This document shows positions 13,218 to 28,225 of a stretch of DNA of 64,000 bases, one piece after another. Each line of letters opens with the position of its first letter. The first letter of the stretch is position 1. This stretch comes from Octopus vulgaris (lineage: Eukaryota), in NCBI GenBank assembly GCA_951406725.2, contig OX597840.1, positions 39,122,001 through 39,186,000 on the forward strand, in the 5' to 3' direction. The notes under the pieces were generated by a model. It searched no databases, was not told where the DNA came from, and saw only the letters and a list, made by a program, of their open reading frames with translations. A program made the translations under genes and the position numbers.

Positions 13218-13292
13218 TTTTACAGCTGTTTCTAGAATAGTTGAAAATGAAAATAATCTATCCGTAAAAGCGGACTATTCCATCTTCAGAAA
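13218..13292 (-). ncRNA. Type I hammerhead ribozyme motif (PLE-like palindromic stem III)
   Basis: Minus strand: TTT-CTGAAGA-TGGAATAGT...ACTATTCTA-GAAACAGCTGTA-AAA; 9-bp stem II, ACAGCTGT palindrome, stem I only 3 bp. Confidence 0.7.
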
Positions 13293-13516
13293 GAAAAAAA
13301 ACAGTAGAAGCTCCGGAGAGGTATTTAGCCGTGATAAGTTCCATGGCTGAACACAGAGTTAGATCGATCAATAAAGATACAGATATGTATTACAAATATA
13401 GACACACGCGTCCACGGAAATGTGTGTGTGTGTGTGTACTCACATATGTATTTATGTATGTATATATGTATATATACAGAGGTATACATATGCATACGTA
13501 CATATATATATATATT

Positions 13517-13727
13517 CAAAATGTGACCGCGTGTTTACCGTTGGCGATTTTTTTCCTCTGTCTTCCCTTCTCTGGATCTTTCCTTCTCCTATGTTTCCGA
13601 CGAAGAGCTCCGCTCGAAGCGTTAGACCCTCATTCTTCCCTTCTTTCCTGAGCGTCTAATAATACTATATTCGTTCCACGTCCTCGCGTTGTTGTGTTTT
13701 TTTTGTGCTTTCTTGTTTGGATTCACT
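13517..13727 (+). mobile_element. PLE-type terminal-repeat remnant (family B) with minimal HHR motif at ~13593-13627
   Basis: Flanked by (TA)n; GTTT-CCGACGA-A-GAGC-TCC-GCTC-GAAGCGTT; copies at 25856, 36130 and 53641. Confidence 0.65.
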
Positions 13728-13737
13728 ATATATATAC

Positions 13738-13797
<60 letters not shown>

Positions 13798-14601
13798 TTA
13801 CGTGCTCTTGTCTACAGACGAGAGAAATCGATGTTGCTATTTCTCAGATATATACCTGAGTCGCAAGAGGAGAGAAGTTAGTTCCCCACACGATAAAGAT
13901 GAGAATCTAACGAGCCTATGAAATAATAAACAGTATATGTGTTAAAAAATCCTCATCACTTAAATGAATTATTTTCGTTTATCGCAAAGTAAAGCTATGT
14001 TATTTTCTTGTTATTGTTGTTGGTGCCCACCTTCCCAATTGATATTTCACTGAAAAATATTCACACCGAGTAGGTAGACTGTTAAATATCTTGCAGTATT
14101 TATACGTGTCTTTTTACGGTGAGAATTTCAGATAGTTCCTACACAGATCGATAAGACAAATAATGGTAATACAACATTATCGATTTCGTAGACTATAATC
14201 ATCTTCTACAAATCAGTGTTTTTACACGAATGTGAGAAACCAATATTATAGCAACTAGTATTATTGCTTGGCATATGAACTAAATTGAGAACGTCTACGT
14301 GATCACTCAAATAATCGTTATTATACTTTTTTTCTTCTTTATAGACCAGGCAGACGGGGAAGGTCAAAACTCTGGACAATTTTAAATGCCTCCGATTCTA
14401 TTGGAAGGAAGTGACAATTCGGTCTCAGTATTCATTCTGCAGACTGATTACATATACCAAATACCAAATACCAAATACTCACAACACGATGGAATGGTTA
14501 CACTCATCCAGAATCTGGTGGTTGTGTTAAATGGACCGCGGATTAATGTTACCTAGAATATGAAATCTTCTTAATGGGCGTTGGCACACAGCCTGTACTT
14601 G

Positions 14602-14835
<234 letters not shown>

Positions 14836-14917
14836 TCTCTATCGATCGATCTATCTGATCTATGCGTATGTATATGTATGTGTGTGTGTTTAAGTGTGAA
14901 CATATACATAAGTGTAC

Positions 14918-14979
<62 letters not shown>

Positions 14980-15220
14980 ATATGTATATATGTATGTATA
15001 CGAAAAGCACATTAATCAGCGTGACGCTTTTCATATGCGACGCTTGCGCACTCCAATATAAAACCGTAGCGAAGCAGGCCTTGCTGTCTACTCAGCAAGA
15101 TACATAGTGAATGATCTGGAGGCGCTGAAGCAAACGAAGCGCCCAACATGTTCCCTTTGCCAAAATGTTTGCAAGGCACCTGTAAGACTCAAAAGCACAG
15201 TCGTCTCCATAGAGGATTAG

Positions 15221-15327
<107 letters not shown>

Positions 15328-15490
15328 GCATATATATATATACATATATATATATGCATATATACGTATATATGTATTTATATATACACGTATGTATATA
15401 TATATATATACATGTATATATATATATATGCATGTATGTATGCATATATATATATATGTATGCATATATATATATATACATATGTATGTA

Positions 15491-15529
<39 letters not shown>

Positions 15530-16419
15530 ATATCTATATCTATATATATATATATATTTATATACAGTGAGAGAGAGAGTGAGACAGAGAGAGAGAGAAA
15601 GAGGAGACAGAGAAACTGTCCATTTCAAATTTCATGGCAAACTATCGAAGTTGCTATCGTGAAACCGATTTTCCTTAATCTAAAACTGAATGTGAAAGTA
15701 GGTTACGTAATTTGCCGTTGCCCAGTTATAAACTTGGAATACGGATCGGCAAAGAGAGCAGCAAAAACAATGGGTGTCATTGATAATTTTCTGCCAGGAT
15801 TCTATATATTTGTTTGACGATGGTTAATATCTGCCATTAAAATGAGGCATAATTGAAAATCAATCGGAGGTCGATAAAGGAAGGATTTTTGTGAGATTGG
15901 GAGAGTAGTAAAGGGAGTGAAAGGACAGAGAGAGAGAGGGAGAGAGAGGGAAGTGATAGGTTGAGACAGATAGGGTCGGAGTGAAACACGATTAACGGAG
16001 ATGAACGAGAAAAGGAAAGAAATATAAAGGGCTGAAGCGTAGGGAGAGAAGTATTAAATATGGGATAAAAAATACAAATATGGTAGGATAGAGCAGAGCA
16101 ATTATGGTGCCATAAAAAAAACGATTGAAACATAAAGACTGAAAGTAGGACACGCAGGGACACATGCACCCTCACCTACACACACGCACACACACATATA
16201 TATATATGTATATATGCATATATATAGATATGTACATATATATATAAATATAATATATATATATATATGTATATGCATATGAATATATATATATACATAT
16301 ATATATATATGTATATATATATACATATATAAGTATGTATGTATCTATTTATGTATGCATATATACATAGGTATACTATCTATTTGGAATTTACAAAAAA
16401 GCAAAACATAAGACGAATA

Positions 16420-16491
<72 letters not shown>

Positions 16492-16602
16492 TATATTTAT
16501 AGATAGATAATTATATATATATATATAAATACATTTATATATGCATGTATTTATATATATGTTTGTATATATATGTACACACATATATATCATATATATT
16601 TA

Positions 16603-16656
<54 letters not shown>

Positions 16657-17228
16657 CGCGTATTAACTGAAGGGTTTATGAATTTAGTATAAACAAAAGA
16701 ATGCAACAGAAAATGAGATTGTGTATTGGTGAAATTATCGATAATCTTATATATATGCAATATCGGTGTAATAAAGAAAAATTCTTATTAATATTTACTC
16801 ACTGATTCTAAATGGCAAAAAAAAAACAGACAACGACAAAGAATAAACAATTGCAGATGTCAGAAATTAATGATCGCTTTGATATGAATAATACATGACA
16901 AAAGAGTTTAAAAACGAGATCGTCATTAAACAGACGACAGACGCCATTTTGCAGTTATATATACGCACATATATATATAGATAGATATGTGTATAGATGT
17001 ATCTGGTGGTGGTGATAGTGGGCGGTGTTTTCTTTTAATGGTTTGTTTTTGTCTTATTGCATATGTTATCAAATTCTTTTTATAGCATTTAATAACCGAA
17101 TGTCGATTTAGGGTTTTCGTATATGTCGTAAACTTATTAAATACACAGACGTATTTGTGTGTAACTATAAATCTTCACCTATTCTAATACACAAACATAC
17201 ATACATACACACATGCAAATATACATAC

Positions 17229-17306
<78 letters not shown>

Positions 17307-17314
17307 GTATATAA

Positions 17315-17365
<51 letters not shown>

Positions 17366-17620
17366 CAGAGAAACATATATAGGGTCAACAAAAATGTACT
17401 CCATCCAGTAAGATATAAATATCATTTAATATATAGCATTAAAAACACTACTTATAGTTCCATGCTTTAAGAGACACTAAATTGGCAGATTTACAGGATA
17501 TGCCTTGTATATCCAGGCAATCTTTCATGCTCAATTCATAACAGTAGATGTAGATATACACCAGGACATTGGTCTATGAGAAAACATAAAAAAGTTGGGA
17601 AAAAATGCGATAAAACACAT

Positions 17621-17662
<42 letters not shown>

Positions 17663-17949
17663 ACACACAAAATTTATATATAATGTAAATATATATTTTC
17701 TTTAGTGACAGATGTAGTATTAATATGGACGTGTATGGTGTGTTAGATCGAATTATACTGCGGAAGATACCATGAGAGCAAACCTTATACTTGGTTTCCA
17801 TTGAAAATTAACGCTCCTTTATAACGCTCGCGGGGAAACAGTTCCGCACAATCTCCAGTGCATAAGCACCATGAGTCCACGTCATTTCGACCTTCCTTGA
17901 TCTCGTCGATGATGGGCACTCGACACATACATACATATATGTGTGACTG

Positions 17950-18165
17950 TATTATTCTGTGTTTTTTCCACTACCGATTGACAACAGACGTTGGTATGTT
18001 TACGTCCTCATTACTTAGCGGTTCCGCAAAATTGATCAATAGAATAAGTGTCAGGCTTAAAACAGTTGTACAGCGGGTGACTAGTTCAATTTAACATTCT
18101 TCAAGGCAGTGCTCCAGCCTGGCCGCGTTCTAAAATAGTGGAGGAAGAAAAAGGTAAAAGATAAG
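17950..18165 (+). mobile_element. Degenerate CORE-like SINE 3' half
   Basis: CTTAGCGGTTCCGCAAAA..ATAGAATAAGT..AAGGCAGTGCTCCAGC matches other copies. Confidence 0.6.
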
Positions 18166-18191
18166 CACATACACCAAAACAATAAAAACAA

Positions 18192-18456
18192 ATAGAATGG
18201 TTGTATACTGTCAACTTAACGTGACAGTAAGGGAATTACACCACCGTTGTTTAACCCTAGGAAGCATCGACGCTTCCTGTCGGCCTCGACACATTTCCTG
18301 TGTCCTTATATATTTGCGATGGGGAGATAAATAAATATATAAGGACAAAGGGAATGTGTCAAGGCCGACAGGAAGCGTCGATGCTTCCTCGGGTTAAACA
18401 GCGGTGGTGTAATTCCCTTACTGTCACGTTAAGTTGACAGTATAGAACCACTCTAT
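18192..18456. repeat. Fold-back inverted repeat, 124-bp arms, 17-nt loop
   Basis: 18192-18315 is the reverse complement of 18333-18456 with a few mismatches. Confidence 0.9.
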
Positions 18457-18615
18457 CGCTCCACCACCGTACATATCTCTATGAGATATTTAGAAATTTA
18501 ATATTTCTGAATAAAAAAAATGTATATAAATATTCGCCTATGCAACAAACTCCACACAACCAACGAACAGAAATTTCACTGAACGTAACCCTTTTTTTTT
18601 TGTCTGATCTTACTA

Positions 18616-18778
18616 TAAGAGGGGACGCTGAAAATTCCCTGACATTGAGTAAAAGAAAACACAAGGTGATCAGTTAATTATGACTTTATTCAACATATCC
18701 CCCACTCATATACTTCCACACTTTCGCAGCGGTCCCCCAGCTTTTGTAAGCCATGTAAAATAACTCGGAAAGATAGGA
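18616..18778 (-). mobile_element. Mariner-like transposon right end (transposase C-terminus and TIR)
   Basis: Minus strand reads, with frameshifts, GLQKLGDRC...GGYVE*, like the mariner ending GI..L..RW.KC...GDYVE*; TA plus AGAGGGGACGCTGAAAATTCC TIR-like end. Confidence 0.55.
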
Positions 18779-20619
18779 GCATTTGACAACAAAACGAATA
18801 TAGTGTTATGTATTCAACCGACAAAGCTGCATATCACTAAAGCTGTTCACAATGCAATCGAAAAATTGCATAAAACTTGAATACACGAGGAAAATATACC
18901 AACAATTTCAACATATTAGATTACAGAATGGTATGTTTTTATTGAATTAAGCCATTTGAAATTTTCGCTTTTACTTGTAGGTTTCCATTTTATTCCAATT
19001 AACACATTTATGTATAATTCCATTTCACATGAGTAATTTCACATGTTACTAATATTAGTCATCGGAAAAATATTTAGCATCATGTTCTAAGATGGATATA
19101 ACTGACTAACAGTCTCCCCTAAAATTGCTGGCCTTGTGCCAAAATTTGAAACCAAATTTATTAACATTAGATAAGGTGATGAGCTGGCAGAGATTATAGC
19201 ACACTAGACAGAAAGTGTTAGCGGTACTTTTATTTTTGCGTTCCGATTTCGAAACCAGCAGACTTTACTTGTCATTTTTGGGGGTTTGGCAAAATAAGGG
19301 CCTGTTGAGAACTAAGGTTGATGAAATTGATTCACTGCCCCTCTTCCTCAAAGCTGCTATCTTCGAGCCAAAGGTTTAATCCGATTTTAGATAAATCTAT
19401 TCTCACATCACCAGACTTACACATACCAAGAAAAGAAAAATATATTATCACTAGTGAGGATTCAAACCAGGATATTAATGAGGTACAGAGTACTCTTCTC
19501 TGTAACGGCTTCTGACAAATCTTTTCCGTCTATGTGGGTGCTTTACCCGAATTTCCAAAGCTGTTTTTCACGGCTATTACCTTGCGTTCGAAGTTACTTT
19601 CATTTCTAAAAATATAAGAAACATATTAATACATACAAGCATATGTAATGATAATAATAAGTGGATGTAAACACATGAACAAAATAAGAATAAACAAAAA
19701 CAACAACAAAAACAAATTACATGAACGTATATAAACAGAAGATACAAATATTACAGGCATCCCCCCACACACACACTAAATAAACATAGACGCACATAGA
19801 GATATAAGCATGCGCAAATGAAGACATACAATAGAAATACAAAATGACTGACGGTTAGTAAGGAGAGACACAGATAAGAAAGAAGAAAACAAAGGACCAC
19901 TGATGCGGTCACAGGAGTGTGACGAAAGAACTCTGTCCGAAATAAGATTAAGATTAATGTAAAAAATAAATAACACTGAAGCAAAGTAACACCAAATATA
20001 TAGTGCGTGTGTTTTTATTGGCTAAACTGGCAAAATGACCATTCCGAAATACAAAAATATTATTGAGTTCAAGTTCTGCGGATTGTTCTTTATTTCCAAC
20101 TGAACAAGGAAAGATTTAGTGACACAAATATTACTGATACTTGTTCAAATATATTTACCAACACAAGTCACATCGCATTTATCATACAGCATACTACCAA
20201 AACAATAAGTAACCACAAAACGAGAATACTGCGACAGCTGCCCGCAAGTAAAAGAGATCTGTGGGAGGATAAACAAGCTAAAATGGCCTCTCCAGGATAT
20301 AAAGTTATATATAACGTTAATAGTGTTACGAGAAACTGAATATACCAAATGTTTCAATGATAAATATGACATATAAAATGTCACTATAATTCAATTATAT
20401 TAATTCCAACACATGCGCCAAGTTGGAATGAAGAAAGAAATAAAACTAACAACATCATTAATATGTTTAACTGTCTAACACAACATAACATGTGTTAATG
20501 TCAGGTGAAATTGTTGTTATTTGCAGAGTATTTAGATATTTGTGTTTTGAATTTTTCTGTCGTGGAAGTTAATTTATAAACTTCTGCTGCATCATGGAAC
20601 AATTCAAGTTTTTCAAAGG

Positions 20620-20669
<50 letters not shown>

Positions 20670-20697
20670 GAATATATAAATATATATATATATGTAC

Positions 20698-20761
<64 letters not shown>

Positions 20762-20764
20762 GTA

Positions 20765-20806
<42 letters not shown>

Positions 20807-20849
20807 TATATATGTATGTATATATATCGATATGTGGATTGATAGATAA

Positions 20850-20889
<40 letters not shown>

Positions 20890-20993
20890 GTAGGTAAGTA
20901 TGTAGGTACTTATATACATACATACGTACAATTATACATACTTATATATACACACATGCATATACATATACAGACATACATACACACGCACGC

Positions 20994-21063
<70 letters not shown>

Positions 21064-21713
21064 GTAATTATGATGTATGGAAATATATGTGTAGTATGTA
21101 CATATATTATATGTATGTTATGTATTTATGTACGAATGTATATCATATGTATGATATGTATGTATATCATGTATGTATATATATATATTATATGTATGTA
21201 TGTATGTATCTATTTATCAATCTATCACGATTAGTTGTAGTTGATCATGTAAAAATAGCGCTGATATATACGAAAGAGAGAGTAGGTGTATTCTACAAAC
21301 ATACGAATATAAACGATTAAAGAATCGTTGAAGCGCAGGACTTTGTCTTGAAACAATAAATTATGGCTGCTGGCGTTACTCGGTACTCAAAGCCTTTTGG
21401 TAACTTATCGTGAAAATATGGGGCATGGTTTTGAGGACGTAGTTTAAGTCACCGTCGGTCTCGGTCCCGCGTTACGCATTATGACAGATGCACGCGGTTA
21501 TGTCGTGTTTTCCGCTTCAGGTACAGTGGTTTACATGACCATTGTCTATCTTACCCACTAGCAAAGTATGTTATAACATCTGGAGAAACATTAATACTCT
21601 CACAGAAGAGTTCAAACAGAGCGCAATTTGCCAATTTTACAACGATTAAGATATACGAAAAATGAGTCAGACAAAATGAACAGAGTATACGTTTCCTAGA
21701 AAATCGAGAGAAA

Positions 21714-21778
<65 letters not shown>

Positions 21779-21794
21779 GTTGTTGTTGTTGTTG

Positions 21795-21830
<36 letters not shown>

Positions 21831-21833
<3 letters not shown>

Positions 21834-21965
21834 TATGTTTGACTTTTGATTTACATTTGCACAAGCTGGCTCCAAGTCTCACCCAGAGACCTCAAGAGAC
21901 AACAAGTTGGAAGTTCACGTTGGTGTAATGCCTAGGGTGCCATATATTTGGTTTTGTACTTAGTG
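21831..21965 (-). mobile_element. Probable 3' end of a non-LTR (R4/Dong-like) element running into a (TAA)n tract
   Basis: Unique segment that ends directly in (TAA)n on the minus strand; family assignment is inference from the target. Confidence 0.35.
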
Positions 21966-22052
21966 TTGTACTAGTGAATACCTAAAACAAAACATACGAA
22001 AATTATGTTTGTTTTAAAACTTGCAATTACAATTCTTCTTCGTCTTCTCCTT

Positions 22053-22150
<98 letters not shown>

Positions 22151-22390
22151 CATTATTATTATTATTATTATCATCGTTATTATTTAAACGCAAACAATAT
22201 GAGAAATCCATATATGGACCCCTTGTATGCTAAAAATAGACGCCAAACCGTCTTACCACTAATTCTGCGTTCTCAACTTAGTAAAAGGCTTATATTTTTT
22301 CGATCTAGACAAACGAAATGAAATAAAAACAGCCCTTAATTCCATACCTCGTATGTTTTGAATTATGCTGGCTACTAGTTGAAATAGATA

Positions 22391-22786
22391 TCTTTATATA
22401 TAAAAGTCAAGTTGTCTGTCTGTCTCCTACGATTCAGATTCCTAACAACTCCCACATTTTGCGGTGCAGTTTAACCAAAAGCGGGTATCTTATAGTCGTG
22501 ATTCATATCGAGCCCTTCTGGGTATTAGCGCGCGTCTACGATGAGTCTACGATTTTAAAAATAATTTACCATCATGTTTTCCATTTTAATGCATTTTCTT
22601 CGCTATTATATAAGGGAAGTAACTCCCTAAAAATGTCTACGATGAGTCAACGATTTAAAAAAATTTACCATCATTTTTTTTCCATTTTTAAGGCATTTTT
22701 TTGCTATTCTTTGGCTATAACTCTCTAAAAATGCTTATATAGTTATTTCCCTTACAAACCCGAGCAACGCCGGGCGATACTGCTAG
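22391..22786 (+). mobile_element. Non-autonomous Helitron, complete (396 bp)
   Basis: A|TC 5' end, GC-rich subterminal hairpin CCCGAGCAACGCCGGG, CTAG|T 3' end, no TSD; second copy at 43816-44504. Confidence 0.9.
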
Positions 22787-23314
22787 TTATTTAATAAAAT
22801 TATTTAATAATATTAATTTCTACTCTTATTCCTTAATTTCATGTATCTTTGTTCTCTAGCCATTTGATTCGCTGCTGAATATCATTCAATTGCTGTTATT
22901 TTCTCGTTTAACGCAATAGTACGACGGTGTTAGAATCGAAATTTAAATACAAGGCATTGGAACATTCGTATCCTCTCACGGAGACTGTTTGTGACAAGTT
23001 CCATTGTTGCGTCCGCACGGATTTCACTGAGGAGACACACAGACCCTTATAGCATCGTTCACGTCGAATTAAGCCCTACGCTTATTTCTTATCATTTGTC
23101 TGACTCGTAAACATTTAACGTTCTACTAATTTAAGAACACAGAATGAGTGGTAAGACGGTTTGACCTCTATTTTTAGCATACAACAGATCCATATCGTGA
23201 TCTCCCATATTGTTTATGTTTGAATAAAATTCACGGTCCTCGGACATTTTTAAATATGCTGATCGCTTGTTGAAATTGATATTATTTAATAATATTATGT
23301 AATAATATTGATTT

Positions 23315-23354
<40 letters not shown>

Positions 23355-23389
23355 CACTACTACTACTATTATTATTATTATTATTATTA

Positions 23390-23570
23390 TTTCGTCTGCC
23401 AATACGTTCTGAGTTCAAATTCCGCCGAGGTTGACTTTGCCTTTCATCCTTTCGGGGGTCGATTAAATAAGTACCAGTTACACACTGGAGTCGATATATT
23501 CGACTTAATCCCTTTGTCTGTCCTCGTTTGTCCGCTCTATGATTAGCCTCCTATGCGTAATAAAGAAGAT
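23390..23570 (+). mobile_element. 5'-truncated SINE (CTTTCATCCTTTCGGGGTCGAT family)
   Basis: Matches the 5678 array unit and the 55984 SINE. Confidence 0.8.
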
Positions 23571-23591
23571 TTAAAATTATTATTATTATTA

Positions 23592-23592
23592 T

Positions 23593-23664
<72 letters not shown>

Positions 23665-23678
23665 CAGCAGCAGCAGCA

Positions 23679-23748
<70 letters not shown>

Positions 23749-23760
23749 CAGTAGTAGTAG
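23592..23760. repeat. (TAG)n microsatellite
   Basis: Direct inspection. Confidence 0.95.
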
Positions 23761-24175
23761 CGAGGCCGAATACAAACACAGATTCCAGATGACTTTCTTC
23801 TTATTGATAGAACAATAAGACCATTGTGTTGATTTATCTTATCACAAGATTTCAGATTTATTAAAGAAGCGGAGAATAGAAAAGCAAAACAAAAACAATT
23901 ATTCCTAAACAGAATACAACCATATGTAAATGTCAGAAAGAGTTTCAGATTCTTTAAAAAATAAATAGGTTTTGTTTTTTTTTGTTTTTGTTTTTTTTTT
24001 TTTAAAGACGAAACACCATGCGTTCTGAAGCAATTCTTGAAAGTGTTGCTACTTGTAAGCGTCTTCAAAATTCTCTCTCTCTCTCTCACTCTTTCTTTCT
24101 GTATCTCTACATAAGAATATATATATCATGTATATATATACACACACACAAAAACACACATATATATATATACAC

Positions 24176-24397
<222 letters not shown>

Positions 24398-24477
24398 GTA
24401 GGTAGGTATGTATGTAGAGAGATACATACATGCATACACGCATATATACGTACATACGCACGTAATACATACATACA

Positions 24478-24523
<46 letters not shown>

Positions 24524-25263
24524 CATTCATTTATTTGTATATGCTCCTGTATATAATCCAGTTCAATGACAGAAAGTTCTAATCGAATGAATCCATAGTT
24601 TTTTTTAAAACAGTGAGCTGTGAGATGTGAAACATGTTAGACGTCTCTTGTTTCAAGTCACAAACTTGTGACCGCATACGTGGTGGTTATCGCCAACTGA
24701 TTAATATTCAAGAGTGATAAGATTAATAAGGTACGGCCGATAACTGAATCGGAGATTTACCGTCACCTGCTGTGTGTGTAGAGCCGTATTTCAAACTACG
24801 TAATTGAAGAACAGGTTTAAGATTTATCACGATTTTAATTGGTCCATTATGAATGGCGTTAAAAACAATCATTTCCCCATATAACGGGTATATATATATA
24901 TATATATATATGGCATGCGTTTATTTCCTGTTTCTGTCGCGTAGGTAGAACGCTAATTACTTGTGTACAGGTGGAAATATTGTTGATCTGACACGAGAAG
25001 ACAAACTAAAGACATTCACTTCTGTGAATTAATTAATCACTGTTCTATCAATGTGGATCCATACAGTTGTAAGTAAAAGAACAGAGAATACATTAAAAGA
25101 AAGAATTTATGATGTGTGTTCAGTGCATTTGCGTCTCGCTTCACACCACTAAAGCAATATGAGAGTATGAATAAATCCTTTCAATGCCATCAACAGAGTT
25201 CTAAATCAAACACCCATTGGGAAAACACATGTTGTTATACACTTGATGTGTACATTAGAGGCA

Positions 25264-25656
25264 GTGGAGGCGCAATGGCCCAGTCGTTAGGGCAGCGGAC
25301 TCGCGGTTGTAGGATCGCGGTTTCGATTCCCAAACCGGACGTTGTGAGTGTTTATTGAGCGAAAACACCTAAAGCTCCATGAGGCTCCGGCAGGGGATGG
25401 TGGTGATCCCTGCTGTACTCTTTCACCACAACTTTCTCTCACTCTTACTTCCTGTTTCTGTTGTACCTGTATTTCAAAGGGCCGGCCTTGTCACTCTCTG
25501 TGTCACGCTGAATATCCCCGAGAACTACGTTAAGGGTACACGTGTCTGTGGATTGCTCAGCCACTTACACGTTAATTTCACGAGCCGGCTGTTCCGTTGA
25601 TTCGGATCAACCGGAACCCTCGTCGTCGTAACCGACGGAGTGCTTCAAAAAAAAAA
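25264..25656 (+). mobile_element. Full-length tRNA(Arg-like)-derived SINE with poly(A) and 12-bp TSD
   Basis: A and B boxes in the head; poly(A) tail; TSD ACATTAGAGGCA (25252-25263) / ACATTAGGGGCA (25657-25668). Confidence 0.9.
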
Positions 25657-25818
25657 ACATTAGGGGCAACAAGAAGAATTTCTCATAATATTGGGCAACA
25701 CTTTTGACAAGCATTTTTTGTGGCCTTAAGGGAACTCACACTTTCTAAACTAACATCATGTGAAATTCGACCTATACTCATGTACATACACACATAAGTA
25801 AGTATGTATTTGTGTGTG

Positions 25819-26153
<335 letters not shown>

Positions 26154-26596
26154 TATGTATATATATATGTACATATATATATATCTGATGGTTGATGATT
26201 GATTTAGGTATGTTTCTCCATTTTCTCATTTTGTATGTATATATATATATATTTATATATATATAAATATTACAAAAAGAAAATATAAAATACACGTGGA
26301 AATTTAAGGGTAAAATATGGAAAATGCACATTGCAAATAAAAAAGGCTTTTTATGACAGGTAACGAGAAATATATACATTTAGAATGACTGAGGTAGTAA
26401 TAAAAGTCATGAAAGTCATTATTATGAGATGATTATAAAGTCAGAAAACGAAGCATACCATGGTTTCCGCAAAAAGCTATTTATCACTTTGAAAACACCG
26501 GTTAATATATATATATATTTATATATATATGGGGGGGGGGGCGTTGTTTGTATGCATATATATAACCATATATATGTGTGCGAATGTATGTATGTA

Positions 26597-26644
<48 letters not shown>

Positions 26645-26690
26645 TATAGATATATATACATATATTTATATATATATATATATATACATA

Positions 26691-26811
<121 letters not shown>

Positions 26812-26872
26812 CAGTACGGAGCAAATACTTCACGAGAAAATCACGGGAAAATAATTATGTATGCATATAAAT

Positions 26873-26934
<62 letters not shown>

Positions 26935-26940
<6 letters not shown>

Positions 26941-27180
26941 CAAATTAATAAAACATATGTATATATACATACATATATGTACGAACCTACATCTATGTGT
27001 ATATATACACGCATATATGGGTAAAGGACACCAAAAAAGCACAATGAGAAACGAAAACATAAACACAAAACCAAGGAAATGGACATTTTTCTTAAACAAC
27101 GAAAAAATAGAGTACAAGGCATACAACACAAGGAACATTCCCCTTCTTCAGCCGCCTCCGTTTCATTTACTCCGCATTTT
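26935..27180. mobile_element. Single-arm relative of the 31824-32312 fold-back repeat
   Basis: Shares ACCTACATCTAT...AGAAACGAAAACATAAA...ATTCCCCT(T/A)CTTCAG with both arms. Confidence 0.55.
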
Positions 27181-27464
27181 TCCTTAATTTAGTTCAGCAT
27201 GTTCTGGTAATGAACAATTTTGGGGTGAGACATGTCTTTGCTATTTTGAGTGCGTGTGTTCGAGTGTGTCTGAATATCCTTACAATTATTTGTATAGTCA
27301 TGGAACTATTTACTCATGTAGCTAAGTAGCTAGATAACAATCTATCTAAATATATATATCTCATTCATCTAACAACGTATCTTCCCATCTACCACAAGAT
27401 ATGTATCCATATATTTATCTATCAATTTATCTAAATATCCACCTACCTACGCATCTATCTATCC

Positions 27465-27518
<54 letters not shown>

Positions 27519-27597
27519 ATATCTATTCATCTATCAACATATCTATTTTGGGGTCTGTCTATTTAACTATCTACGTACCTAACTGTTTATCTATTTG

Positions 27598-27718
27598 CTA
27601 AGATATGTATCGATCTGTCTCACTGCCAATCAATCTAGCCACCTTTTTCCATATCTCTCTAACCATCGACCAACTATCTATCTACCCATCAATCAATCAC
27701 TTTATCTATCTGCTTATG

Positions 27719-27759
<41 letters not shown>

Positions 27760-27938
27760 GTCTGTCTATCTATCCGTAAAACTATATATCTATCTATCCA
27801 TCTATCTATCTAAGATATTTATCGATCTGTCTATCTAACTACCAATCAATGTAGCCACCTATTTCCATATCTATCTAACCATCGACCATCTCTATATCTA
27901 CCCCTCAATCAATCACATTATCTCACTGCCCATGTATC
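27598..27938. repeat. Tandem duplication (~212-bp period) inside a degenerate (TATC)n field
   Basis: CTAAGATAT.TATCGATCTGTCT...TAGCCACC...AACCATCGACCA occurs twice. Confidence 0.75.
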
Positions 27939-27993
27939 TATATATCTATTTTTCTATCCATCCATATATCTATTTATCCATCTATATATCCCC

Positions 27994-28098
<105 letters not shown>

Positions 28099-28148
28099 CA
28101 TTCTATCTATCTATTTATTTATCTATCTATATTATCTATCTATATAAC

Positions 28149-28225
<77 letters not shown>

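Noticed and set aside
25264-25335. tRNA gene (A and B boxes, Arg-like)
   Set aside because: Continues into a ~320-bp body with poly(A) and TSD, so it is a SINE head; same for 2873 and 56470-56540
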